A stretch of 62,587 nt of DNA, counting the filler, from Platydemus manokwari (lineage: Eukaryota), in assembly GCA_037951405.1 (NCBI GenBank). It is 5 parts of 5 records of this genome, joined end to end, with 100 filler letters (N's around TTAATTAATTAA, not from the genome) between each part and the next. Parts side by side here need not be neighbours in the genome. Positions count along the whole stretch, not along the records: positions 15,706 to 29,817 come from JBBMOY011492528.1; positions 29,918 to 42,166 come from JBBMOY010228894.1; 3 more parts are not named here. One strand, given 5' to 3'. How positions within the stretch are numbered: position 1 is the stretch's first letter; every line of letters begins with the position of its first letter. The notes under the pieces are model-generated. The model was given only the letters and a program-made list of their open reading frames with translations. It was not told the DNA's origin and searched no databases. Below, in pieces: positions 23,585-37,100 of this stretch. A program made the position numbers and the translations under genes.

Positions 23585-25184
23585 ATTTAAAGACCAAAAA
23601 TACAAGTATCAAAAATAAAAATGTACAATGATTAAAAATTCATAAGTCCAAAAAGTCAACGTCAGATAAAAATAAGTAAAGTCCGCTCGTTGCAATGCAG
23701 ATCTTGACTTATACATGACTAAAATAAGGTTTAAATATACCCAATAAACATTTTTAACTTGTTACCTTTCTACCCTTGTAACCCGGTCATAATAATAGTA
23801 CCAACAATGCCCAATTCAACTAAAGAATATTATATTTGGGAGAAGATTATGTCTCTCTACCTCCTCTTATAAGATATCAGCACCGAGAAGGAAGAATTAA
23901 TGAGAATCAATCAGTTAGTGAAACCACATTTTGAAAAGTTTCTAAGGACTCTGAGAAACATAAAATCGACTTATCATTTATTATTATGTGAATATTATGC
24001 TTGAAAATTATATACCCTTATTATGTGAACAAGATTATAAAGTATTTATAATAATTTTAAATAATTATAATTATTTTATAATAATTATAAAGTAATTATA
24101 ATAATTTTTAGAATTATAAAAATTGATAAAATCATATGATGATAAAACAATTAGAATAAGTAGGTCAAGCAAAGCAATATAAGTACAGAGTGATGTGTTG
24201 ATTTGTGACAAAATCAATAAAAAATATCCAGTCGGATACCAGATTAAATTTCATTAATCAGGTAACAAGCATTAGTACTCACAAATAGTATAAAAAATCG
24301 AAGGAAATTTGTCAACTGGCTAGCTTATAGATCTTCCCGCAAATGAGAAACATAATTCCAAGAAAAAGTCAATGTACACGGTCACTCTATTAAAGGAGTT
24401 GATTAATAAAGACAACTCTCAGTATTTTATGATCTTTTGACTCTGTTGTTATTTTTATCTTTCGGATGCTGAATCTATTGTGATTTTGATACTTGTTTCT
24501 TTGAGTGACTTCGAGTTTTAATTTTTGAGTATTGTGTATCGACAATTTTATTGAACTCGTGTGAAATGTGAGTTTGCTTGTTAGCTATTGTTGATTTAAT
24601 GTGATTTTAATTGTGAAAATCGACATTGTACCAAAGCGCTTAACAAGTAAATTGGGCTAGCAGGAAGTAAATGATATCGAAGCGTTTCAATGATGTGTAC
24701 ATTAGACCGGAATGAAGTGAAGTATATCCAAGCCTACAGGAATAAATCGCAATTTAAAATGGTATGAATTATATAATCTTATGTGTCTAAGTCCTGTAGA
24801 GATCAGCTGCTTTAGAATTGATTCTCGATTCTTTTCAACCGATTAATTAAATATTTGTATAGCAAGTATGACTTGAAGTTATGATTTGAATAAATATATT
24901 TAACTGATCAATGCGTTTTGATTTCCTTTGAATTCGAACTCAGTTGTTGGATCAATCAGCAACAGAATCTAAGCAGCCAAGGCAACCGGTGACAAATTAC
25001 TTTTGTATTAATATTAGATGAACAACAAATATTTGCATTTCAAAAACATATCCTTGACCACTGTTGGTTGCTAATGCTTCTTCATTTTTTATGTTAAATT
25101 CAAAAGATATAATTTCACCAAAAAAATACATCCTTAAAATACATCCATGTTAAACAAATATTCGATTATTTTCAACATTCTTTT

Positions 25185-25913
25185 TTAACACACTGACGGA
25201 CAGTAGGAACAAATGAAGTTCGAAATTTAACACTACATGTTTTTGTAATTTTTAGAATATTAGAAGTATAGTTTTTATTTGTCTGCCAGAATAAACTTAA
25301 TTTTAATAAAAAATAAATAAATAAATGACAAAAAAAATTATTATAATTTAATAATTATTACACATTATTTTCGGTATGCCATGTTTCAAAACATGATGCA
25401 GGACACAGTGCAGGTTTTGATATGCAATTCTTGCAGTAATATGGTGTTTCCTTCCGTATTCCCTTTTTATAACATTGTTTACAAAAAAAATGTTTTTCGC
25501 TGATAATTTTCAGGACGGGAAATTTTCCCAGGAAAATCCTGTGTTCCATTATCGTTCATTTCATTTTTTTGGATTCGTGCACCTTTAAATTGAACCAAAA
25601 ACTTTCCACCATGTTTATAATTTATACCAGTTAGAGGCTGTATGATTGCTTCCCTTCACTACCCCCTTCGTAACAACGTGAGTCCTTAAGCTGCAAGTCG
25701 TAATAGGTGGAAAACAAAAGTCAACTGAAAGGATTGTTTCCAAAACATGACACTAGTCTTCTATTTGCACGCCGGTAAATGCACATCTATGCCGCTATAG
25801 CCGCATTATCCAAAAAAGACCGTTTCGTTTTAGACGTCTATTGCCGTCATACCATATAGTGAACTTCGCTTTGACTGTTATGGACGCAAGTTTCCGTCGA
25901 ATGCACACATTTT
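25185..25913 (-). mobile_element. piggyBac-family deletion derivative retaining the C-terminal cysteine-rich domain (ORF 25358-25549)
   Basis: CKQC...RKETPYYCKNC..KPALCPASCFETWH is the piggyBac CRD pattern. TTAA-CAC terminus at 25185. The other end is degenerate and uncertain. Confidence 0.75.
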
Positions 25914-27503
25914 AATTTTTAAATTTTCATTTTTTATAAAAAATTATTTTTCAAATATTTTTAACCAATTGAAAGATTGCAGTAATGTTTTGAGCAAGCC
26001 CATTTTATAAATACAAATATAAAATATTTTTAATATAATCATTTTAAAATGTTTTTAATTATTAATTTTAATCTTATCTACATTTGAATTATTTATAGTT
26101 TTCTTAAATAAACCTCACAACTACAAAGCTCCAAAATTCAAATAAATGAGCCAATTAACTGCTCTAGAAGTTAGACGACCGCGATTAATTTTGTTGGATC
26201 TTAACACGTGAAATTAGAATGTCATCAAATATTATTCACTTTCTGGTCTCATTATATTCTCTCACCCTCTCTCTATATATATCATCTTCTCTCAATGATA
26301 ATCAATATTTCATTCATTCAAAAATTGATCTAAAATTTGACATTCTGTTATTACTTTATTAAAAATTTCAGAAATGATTTATTGTTTGAAGAATCTCCTG
26401 TGATTTAAGAATCCTTTTCTAAAATGCCAAAGTTATTTTATAGAATGATCTTTTATGAAAATCATTTTGATAATCAAGATATTAATAATAAATAATTATC
26501 ATTGCTGAAGACAGAAGTTCAACAATATAATCCGGCTATAGCAGACAACTACATCAAAAATGATCTATAAGAGCAGTATATGATTGGTTAATATTTTGTA
26601 TTGAATTTGTATTGCCATTGACTGAATGATATATCGGTAAAATATGGTGTGTATAATAATATTATTTTGAGCTTTTGTTTCCATTATGTATTAATATATG
26701 TTGATTAATACACAATTTAAAGTATGATAAATGTCAAGATATTTATTAACATTATAAATAGTTATTATTATTTTATGTCTATAATGTTATCACAAACAGA
26801 TATTCCACTTTGCCATCTCTTATATTTCTCTCAACTTCATTCCGGAATAAACATATTTAGAAAAATCCAATAAAGGAATAAATACATCTCTGATTGATTA
26901 TGGAATCCAATAATCCCATTCGACAAGACTTTCAAGGCGTTTGGCAAACTTGCAAAATATGACATCAAAATATTAATGAAAATTATAAATAAAAATATCC
27001 AAAAAAATGTTTAACAAATATATTTAATTATCTAATTTCAATAATAAAGCTATCAGTAACAAAAATATTGAAAGAGCGATTCATTCGCTGGAAGCGAATA
27101 TATAGATATATCGGTCATAACAATCGGTACAATCAATAAAAATATTTGGCATTGATATGATGTGCGGCAACACTGATTAGAGAATTCGTCAATATTAAGA
27201 ACGAAAATAGTAAATGAAACACAACAATCATTGAAGCAAACAAATCTAAATCCATGTCTGCCTCTGTAAAACATTTTTAATAATAATTATTAACGATCAA
27301 TAATTGGCCAACCAATGAAAATCATTCACAAAAACACAGATACACACACGCACACAAATAATCAGTAGAAACACGATCAATATGCGCAAAGCAACATCGT
27401 CAAATTATACAAAAATATATCAAATCGAATAACAAGATGTGCGATTCTCATCAAATTACAAAAGCCCAAACGATAAAAGATGCAAGAAATTTGCGTGATA
27501 TAT

Positions 27504-28738
27504 TCAAAAACAATTCAGAAACTGATCCAAATATACACACTGTTCCGGACTGATCTTGTTTCCTGGCGAGCAATATTCTTTGTGCTGAATTAATGCATAT
27601 CAATAACAACCGTTAACACCACACAAACACACTTACTGGGCACAACACACATGGAAACGCGGCTACGCTTTCCAATTTTTCTTTTTGCTTCGATGCTTTG
27701 TAACGATAAACATAATTCGGAACAAAATTTTCCGAAAAGTTCATTGACGATTGATCTTTGACAATGAAAGAATGATCGAGTTGGACGAGATCGTCACTGT
27801 ACACCAAACTGTCAAGAATGAGTCTCATTTCTTTACTTGTGATCTGCAATCGATATTGATGGGCTAAAGGTTCACCATTCCACAATAATATCACACATTA
27901 TCAAACCTTTTTATCAAAGTTACCACTGATTCCATTGGTAATGTTTTCCAATGTCGCTATAGAAGCTTTTTGTTGTTCAGAGATCAATTGATGTTGTTCA
28001 ACAGCTCTTTTATGCTACAATCGTTATTATTATTATCAATCAAATACATTTATTCTTTCCAATATTATTAAAAAATTATTTCCAATCCAAATATTTTACC
28101 TTCATTTTCATGAAATCAAGAACGCACTTTTGTAATTCTATTATTTTCGATTCACTAGAATTTTTATCACCCATTACAAATAATTTTTCCGATAATGTAC
28201 TATCTGGAACTGTGTCGATTGCAACATAAATCTTTTGACCATTGAAATAAAATAATTTTATCAATCCAATATCTATTAGTCTTTTCTCGATTTTTGTTAT
28301 TTCACTTTCTTTTAATTTGGTGGTCCTTTTGATTATCTGTGGCGAAACGCCTTTTGAACCAGCATCTCGAATAAGTCTATTTACAGATGCTTCATCTTGC
28401 TTCAACTTTTTCTCCAATCTATTTGTCAATTTATAGTCCCTTCAGATAGGATTTAAAGTTAACTTACAATAAAATAGTTGAGTCTTTTAACTTAAAATAT
28501 AACTCCTTGGAACTTTTTAATTTAACTGTCTCAATTTGAGAATTTGCTACTAAATCTTTGATGACAAATAATAAGTCTTCTGCCACTAAATGAGGTATTT
28601 TTTCATTTAGTGTTTTCTGGTATACACCATTTGGATATTGTTTAAGAACATTTAAGACACTTAAATAAAAAAATTTAAGAGATATTAAATAGAGAGATAT
28701 TAAACAATTTACTTTTCTTTTAACTTTTCATTGTCCAT
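27504..28738 (-). CDS. POLR3F: RNA polymerase III subunit RPC6/RPC34; exons 28738-28713, 28659-28468, 28418-28100, 28014-27907, 27843-27637, 27584-27504
   Basis: Winged-helix segments (IRDAGSKG, EITKIEKRL), ILDSLVYSD, and the C-terminal Fe-S motif PCVLCP...C.PGNKISPEQCVYLDQFL. Five GT-AG introns of 49-85 nt, all phase-consistent. Confidence 0.92.
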
Positions 28739-29817
28739 AAATATATTAAATAATTTGAAGATTCTGCGCTTTAATCATTATTTAAACCACTTTTGATTAG
28801 AATATTTATTATTCATTTCAATTGAGTATCTAGAACTCAATAGTAGAGGGTTTATTTTGATCTCTTCGATATTTTTTTTTAAAAAATTTAATTGAATACA
28901 AATGTCTAAGCATTAAATATAGAATTTATTGTAAACAGTCGGGGTTATATTGGTCGTATCTTTAAAATAAAAATATTATTTATAGTTTTCTTGCTCTTCC
29001 AAGTTTTAAGTAGTTTGAACTAAGAAATCTATCAGTTTTTATAATATCTTAAATATTCAAAAGATAATAGTTATTTAACAGTTTTTATTGGTGAAGAAGC
29101 TTATAATGTAATAAGCATGTTTAAAAATTTCTTTAAAAAATTTCTAGCTAAATATGAAATAGCTAGTACTTCTGATTTTGATTTAATATAAATAACTTAA
29201 ATTTTAAATGGGGTTGAAAAATTTCGATAAATATAAAAAATCATGTTATCAATTTGGAAGCTATAAAAATTTACTGTTTGTCACTGTGTATCAAATTTCA
29301 AAACCTTTTTTAAAGTTTATGATTATTTCAATGAAATCAATTTATAATAAAAATAAATTACAGAATGAAAGACAATTATACAGAGGATTTGACTATGTTA
29401 GATTTGTGATGTTTGTAAACCTCAACAACATGAGTTCGATGAGTAAGTTTTGATGTCAAAGAGTTTGTGTATTGTGATATTTATATTCCCGCACAAAAAT
29501 TTACAAGCCAGTGATACAAATATTTTTATTCAGTACAAATATTTGCAAAAAAAAATTGCAAATAGATTTATCTTAAACAATTAATTTTGTTGCAGAATGG
29601 GATTAAGATCAACAACAAAAAATAACGCATCAAATCGATCAAAAACTGGCTCAGTGAGCTCATCCTCCATATCTTCCCTATATCAAAAGATCAAATCGCC
29701 TCATCAATCAAACTCCTCGTATCAAAGTCTACAGTGGAAAGTAGACATGGACGAATAATGTGACTATTCTGATAATTCTGATTTTTTAATTTATTTTGCA
29801 TGAAAAAATTGTATGTA

Positions 29818-29917
29818 NNNNNNNNNNNNNNNNNNNNNNNNNNNNNNNNNNNNNNNNNNNNTTAATTAATTAANNNNNNNNNNNNNNNNNNNNNNNNNNN
29901 NNNNNNNNNNNNNNNNN
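29818..29917. other. Artificial contig linker
   Basis: N44-TTAATTAATTAA-N44. Confidence 0.97.
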
Positions 29918-32449
29918 ATAATAATAATAATAATATAATGTCATTACCGAAGCTTGAACATAATCATAATAAAAGAATTTGATAAATTTAAAGATGATCA
30001 AATAAATAAGACACTGAAACTCTTTCTCAATAAAAAAAATAATCTATTCAGTATTCTCAATCGAAATAATCTAATATATTCAATAAAATGTAAAAATATA
30101 TAATTATATTTATATAAAATTTATCCAATTTTCGAAATAGCATAAATTAATTAAAAACTTTATTGAAAACATCAACATTATAGCTAGAGAACCACTTAGA
30201 GCCAAGTTTACAAATTCACAAATATATATATGATAGTGAATTCTCCAAACCATTTTATCATGATATTTATAGCAGATTTGAATCAACTGATTAATGACAT
30301 CAACTTGTGTTAGTCATTTACATCACAGTCGATCATGCTAGTTTCTATATTTTATCTTTTCTGTATAGCAATCCGCTTTAGTTTAATCACAATCAATAAC
30401 AAGAAATTCGTACTATATTTAAATTATTCTTGTAATGTCTAGTTAGAAAATAAATTATATTAAACTATTAATGTTTAATCTCATAATATAAAATTATTGT
30501 TAAATATAAAAAACATTTTAATTTTTAAACTGAAGTAAATATTTCAAGAACTGAAATTTTGAATTTTTGAAAAGAATGAAAATCACTGGAAATTGCTTTA
30601 GAGAAATCTTAATAACAAACAAGAGAACCATGAATTTATTGACAAGAAACACATTTTTTCTTTACCTGTTCAATTTCATGAAAAGTGCAATTTTAGAAAG
30701 AAAACAATTGTAAAAATTTCGGTAATCTGTGAATTATAAATAATGCAAAGCATTTAGATATTACCATTTAATGAAAAATTCTTGATAGATGGGTCTCAAT
30801 AAACACTGTTGACATAGTTAAATATACATATAGAGAAGACACAAAATCCCTGATAAAAGTTTAAAGGGGAAATCTTTAAACAGATCTGGCTGCAAAAACA
30901 AATATTGCCATGAAGTAAAAAAATTAATTTCCAGGAGACTTTAAATTTTCATTGCATATAGAATTGATAGTTATCAATAGTTTCCTTTTCTGGGAACAAA
31001 TTGAAATGTGTCAATCTAATGACTCATGAAAGTTAGCATGCCTGAATCCGTTATAAGAGTATTCTTGAGAATAGCTATTATTTATGCACTCGAATTAAAT
31101 ATTAAATATTTCTAATATAAAATGTAATCGAAAATGGAAATCGAACGCATAATATTGAATTATATGAAAATATTTAATATTAATTGTGAAGTTATATAAG
31201 TGACCAAAATGTGCATAATTGATTTTTCAAATTTGATTTTGAAGTTACATCCTGTTTGGAATTGAACCGTACTAAATTACCAATTAGAATTAGATGAAGC
31301 TTTCAAGCAGTTAGTTAAAAGCAATTCACGGCAACGTATTTAGGAATTATCAATAAGTCAAACAAGGTCTACAAAGTAATATTTTGGTTATACATAGCCT
31401 GGGTGAAAAGTGCAAGACAGAGAAAAACAAAATTTTCTAAAAATTATATTAAATTTCATAGCAAATGGGCTACATTAAACAATGTTTCTTGTAGAAAATA
31501 GTGGATTTAAATGATTAACAACTTGAATTTCAAAGAAAAATTATTGTTGTGTGTCAAATGTTATTTAAATTGATCTTTGGCATTCAAGTTTTATTAAAAT
31601 ATATTAGTCAATGGGGACAGTGTTGTTTTCATTCATGATTTTACGAAACAGCACTCAAGGGTAATAAAAAAATACTTTGGATGGTCGGCTTTATTCAGTG
31701 TCATCATATGCATACTTGTACCGTATTTTATTTAATATTTTTAAACAGTTCAGTTCAAAAACCCCTCTATAACTCCTTTTATTTTCACTCCCTCATTCTA
31801 TCATAAAATATCCCGAGTTAAAGATCTTTGATGGAAACTTTAATTCATTTACTGATTCGTTTTAATTTATCCTAGCGAAGTTACATCTTATATTAATTAT
31901 TTTTTAATCCAATTTATAAAATAAAATGATTCAAATTTTAAAGATTTCTAAATGGGCCTATATTTCGGTTTCATAGCACGCAATAATACAATTTCTCAAT
32001 ACAATATTCAATTCATATAATTATGCATTTTTCACCTTATAACTAAGTTATCCACATAACGTTGGGATTAGGAAGGACTTATTGAATCATTGGTAAAATC
32101 AATTGCGAATGAAAATTTAAAAGAAAACTTACGTTATTCATATCTTATTCAAATATTTCTTTTATGAAATAATTAAGTAGAAGCTGTAAAAATAAATAAT
32201 TTTCAAAACTAACAACATAAATGATTTGAAAATAACCACCACAATCTGACTAAACTAAAATATAATGACCCTACCAAGCTTCACAACGAACAAAATAAAT
32301 AGAGCATTTATTTGTATTATATAACAAATTATATCAATATATCTCAAAAGAATTCTTTAATTGCGTGGGAAGGATTTGGCAAAATTTCAATTTATTATCT
32401 CCTGAGATCAGATCATAAATGGGAAAGATTTGATATCAAATAAAATAAG

Positions 32450-32948
32450 AACAGCAAATATGAAGTCCAATTAAAATAAAAGTATTTTAAAAACAGAAAA
32501 TAGAAAAGCTCATCTTAAATGAGGGAAAAAAAGAAAAATATTCCGAAATAAAATCTCTATAATTGATAACCTCCATAAAATACTTTTGTGGATTCTATAA
32601 ATTTAAATAAAAACAGCAAATATGAAGTCCAATTTAAGTACAAATTTTAAAAGCTCATCTTAAACGAGAAAAAAAAGAAAAATATTCCAAAATAAAATTT
32701 CTATTTTTTGGAAAACTCCATAAAATACTTTTGCGAATTCTGAAAATTTTAACAAGCAAAAAATTTAAATTAAAACAGCAAATATTAAGTCTAAATTAAA
32801 TAAAAATATGTTCAAAATTTAAAATCTCATCTTAAACGAACAAAAAAAGAGAATATATTCCAAAATAAATTTTCTATAATTGGAAAAGTCCATAAAATAC
32901 GGTAGTGAATTCTGAAAATTTAAATAAGCACAAAAATTTAAATTAAAA
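32450..32948 (+). repeat. Three tandem copies of a ~162-bp unit
   Basis: AACAGCAAATAT at 32450, 32612 and 32774. CTCATCTTAAA and TCCATAAAATAC in each copy. Confidence 0.9.
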
Positions 32949-33582
32949 TGCATTGTAAAAATCGTTCGACAGACTAAAATTATTCCCAATTAAAACAGTG
33001 ACGACACAATGTATACTTGTTGAAATTAAACGAACAAGAAAAATGTTTCTTACAATTGATTTGATCGGGTAGATTAAAACGAAAATAAATTGCCGAAATA
33101 TAATGGTAATAATAATAATAATAATGACAGAAGAAATTATATCAAACCACAAAACAATTTCTGATTCATCAGAAAATACATGCAAATGGAATTAATGAAT
33201 TGCATGTGGTGTTTGAGCGCGTGTACGGGTGTGACAGACACCGATAGGATTCTATGCATACACACACACACAACAATATGTGACAAAATCTGACAAATTG
33301 ATTATTGTTTCCAACGATGTTATTTAATAAACAAGATCAAAGTCATAAAGATAAAAAATGCGTTAATTAGTTCATGAAAATAACAAAACTATTGGAGCAA
33401 ATTGATCAACAAAAAATCCACTGAGCATGCAAAAATAGATATTTTTAGCAAATTTAAGTAGACAATGGTCTAGTGTCGTCGCCTCTTGAACGATCAACAC
33501 ACGTATTTGTATGGTTATGATATCTGATTAATTATGCATGCTCACGTCGAAAACATCAATGGACACAGTTACAGTACCACCG

Positions 33583-34164
33583 CTAATTACCCATGCATTT
33601 ACACACACACACATGCATACCCTCACACATCAACATTGACATTGCGCGCACAATATTCAACACACCTGTATACTGATTGTCTGATTGCAGCAACTTCACT
33701 GACACCACTTGACCGTACTCCTTGAACAGATTCTCAAGATCGGAATTAGTAAAGGTGCCTCGTCGGGGTAAGTTTCTCACGTATACATTTAAATCATCTT
33801 TCTCGTTCTCCTGGAGAATAGCGTCATCATGACACACTTTCGTTCTCTAACAACCACAGTACTCACATAAGCGAATTTGACAGCAAGACGACTGCCGTCG
33901 GGCATCTGTTTGTTCCTGAGAATTTGAATAACCTTTTCCGCGTCCACTTCGGTAGCACAATCAATGAAGCCAGATCCTGTTAAATATAATGTGGTTGATT
34001 GTCCGATCACTATCGATCAACGAATAAAAATTACCACGACATTTTCCATGCGACATCATGGCTTTGCAAGATTTGGGCTCAATTATTCCATCGACAAGAC
34101 CACGAACTGATTCATCTGTCGCTGTTTCTTGAAGACCATTAATATAGAGATTTGTCTTGGACAT
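33583..34164 (-). CDS. Two-RRM RNA-binding protein, alan shepard/RBMS-like; exons 34164-34035, 33976-33867, 33810-(33666 or read-through to 33583); 3' end unresolved
   Basis: RNP2 TNLYINGL, RNP1 RGSGFIDC and second RNP2 NVYVRNLP. In-phase introns of 58 and 56 nt. Confidence 0.8.
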
Positions 34165-37100
34165 GATTGAGTTTTTAGATTTTCTAATTTGAGTCTAAAT
34201 ATGTATATATATATATATACATATATATATATAATTTTTTGAATATTTTGATTAAATTAACTTTTATGAATTGATTCGGTTCCAATTCGACTTTTCCCTG
34301 ATACAGTAGCAGCTAACATAATCATAAATTCATAAAATAACTCAGCGAATTATTGAAAAGCAACAAATTTTAAATAATTAAAGCTCTAATGTCGAATAGC
34401 TGTAATTATTTCATAACCTTCAATGTGATTAAATTTCATTGGATAGAAAATATTTTGTTTAACAACCATTATTATTTCATTTGTTTATCTTATAAAATCT
34501 GATAAAAACATTTTGGACACCATGTACATTGTAATTGCATGGTTCAAATGTGTATTGAAAATTGACAGCTCGAAACAAGTTGTTGGTTCCTATTGTGTAA
34601 TAGTTTACAAATGATTTATGTTGTCAGAATAGTTACTAATGCTGATTGGTCAAAGTTTCGCTTGCGAAATAATAGTTCATGCAAATTCAATGAGATCGTA
34701 AACGTACAACGCTCATAAATCAAAGTCATTCGCAAAAACAAAAAAGGCCAAATCAGCATCCGACAAATAAAAATACCGACGGAAATTAGTAACTATAAAA
34801 AACACGCAGTTGATTTCGAGATTCAACTCTTTTTATAGACTTGTTGTGTTCTTGAGTCGTGATAGCGGAGCTTTGTTCCTATTTTATCGAATCTTCTGAC
34901 GAAGTGCCTATTGATAGATTTGTTCTATCTCCAGCTTCATTGGCATTTCTCGATATACACTACTTATTTTTAGAGACTGAGAATTTACTATCAAAATCAA
35001 ATTACAAATTGATTATTTAAAGGTTGTCAGCACCTGTGTTTCTCACACCTATGTATAGTAACCATTTGACAGTTATTTCGATAATAATTCTATATCGATT
35101 TATCACGCACTCCACTATTTCATACTTATGAAATCTATAATTATATTATAATCCATAATTTATTAACAGCACGAAATGTTACTATTAAGTCTTTGATATT
35201 ATTATCAAACTGCTATTCTTGATAAGTCAGTTTTTGTTTAAATTTATTTCAAAGCTTTATGCCATCAAATAAGTTTCAATGGCCAACCATCAAATATAAG
35301 TAAGTCAAAATCGAAGATAACATCTCCGTCGGACGAGAGCCTAACAAAGTTCACAAATATAAGTTATCATAATCTAAAAAATAAATTTTCCAATATTTGT
35401 AAATATTAATTCATGTTACCTTGGAGATTTAATACATAACCATGGAAATTTTATTGCAAAATATGAATCATCATGACAAAGTGATAAATTACCTTAGCAA
35501 CATAATAAATCAATATAACAATCCAAAAAATTCTCTGAAATGAATCATTAATTATCGATGCATATCTTAATGGAACCATCATTTATCAATTTCTAATTAT
35601 CCGAAATTAATAACAGTTCAAATAATCGATATTCAATTATTGATCTTATTTATACTATATCACCTCGACACTTCATCATCTCGGCAAAAATCTGAAACTA
35701 CTTTCTAGAATTTTCAACCTGTAGTATACCCTTTCCGCTATAGCGATAACACGTTAATGTACCGTTAACAATGATTGCTTTTGTTATATTTTTGAATTAA
35801 TCGATTTTTTAAAACTAATTAAGTGCCATTTATATTTAATTTGTATTTCCATTTTCGAAACCAACGGGTTGGCTATCATTCAACGCTAATAAACTTTTAT
35901 TATCTGCATTTATTTTTAATCTTTTTTTGTAACTCGTTATTTAACTTCATAAACACTTCAACAAAGAATTAATAAAAATTAATTAAAAAATTAATCAAAA
36001 AATGATTTGATTAGGCCCAATCAATTCTCTAATAATAAACCGTACTTGTTGTGCTTATAGTTCCAAAAAATAACCCAGAATACACAATTGAAATTGCAGT
36101 AGATAAATTCATGAAAGCAAAAGAATACTTTGTATTTTAAAGTAAAAAATCATACCAGATTCATTCCAAGAATAAACCATTGCAGTTACTAATCGATGAT
36201 AAACACCATAGAAAGACCATCACACAAGCCTAGGTCGCCATCTTATAACTCGCCAATTGGTAACATGTGGTGATTAAAAAATAAGCAGGAAATTATATTG
36301 AAATCCGAATTAAATTTTAGAAAGTTTTTTAGAAATTTTATTTAATTTTCGTAAATGTATATGTTGTTTTGTATTCAGAAAATATGATTTGTCTATATTA
36401 ATTTATCGATATTGTTCTGACAATATTATTTTGTCGATATTAATTTGTCGATATTTCAATAACAGATCATCTTAAACACTGATAGCAATTGAACATCAGA
36501 TTTCACAATCACTGGTTGGGCTCTGAGCTTATCCGGTTCAATGCTACTAAGTTGAAAGTTTTATCAATCTCGAATTAGAATATAATTTGTTTATCAAGTC
36601 TTGACAGTAAATAGAAGTGGAGAACAATAACGATAAAGTATAAATAAATAATAATAAGCCGAACATTATGTACTCTATTTACGCTTGATGAAATGGTTCT
36701 TAATTGATTTTCCGACACCCGAGCGTTCTTGGTAATTTTAGTGGTAATCCTTAGCAAGTATTTTATAATAATGATAACTAGATGGAATCAGAATTATAGC
36801 CATAGTCCATATTTAATATTACGAGTCGTCGGGCTGAATGTTGCAATAATAAACCATATTTATTCATAATAAATCAATTTTTTTTTGCCTCAATTTGCCG
36901 GTTTGCCATAACAAACTATGTAGGATTTCATTTGTATTTCATTCTCGAAATCTTCATCCTTTCATATATTGTAAGGTCTTGTTTTTAATCTTTATTTGTA
37001 CTGCATTAAATTGTATCGCTAGATATTCCATTTTGCAATTCCTAAATTACAGTTTGTCATTTTAAATAAAATCTTCGGATGTGTTATACTCAGAATCTCG

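Noticed and set aside
28419-28467. 28-nt ultra-short POLR3F intron using the AG at 28440
   Set aside because: In frame, but the 49-nt intron has a TTGAC branch site and gives the spacing expected for RPC6.
30540-31450. Possible decayed hAT-like transposase
   Set aside because: Only short protein-like patches such as LPFNEKFLID, with many stops and no diagnostic motif.
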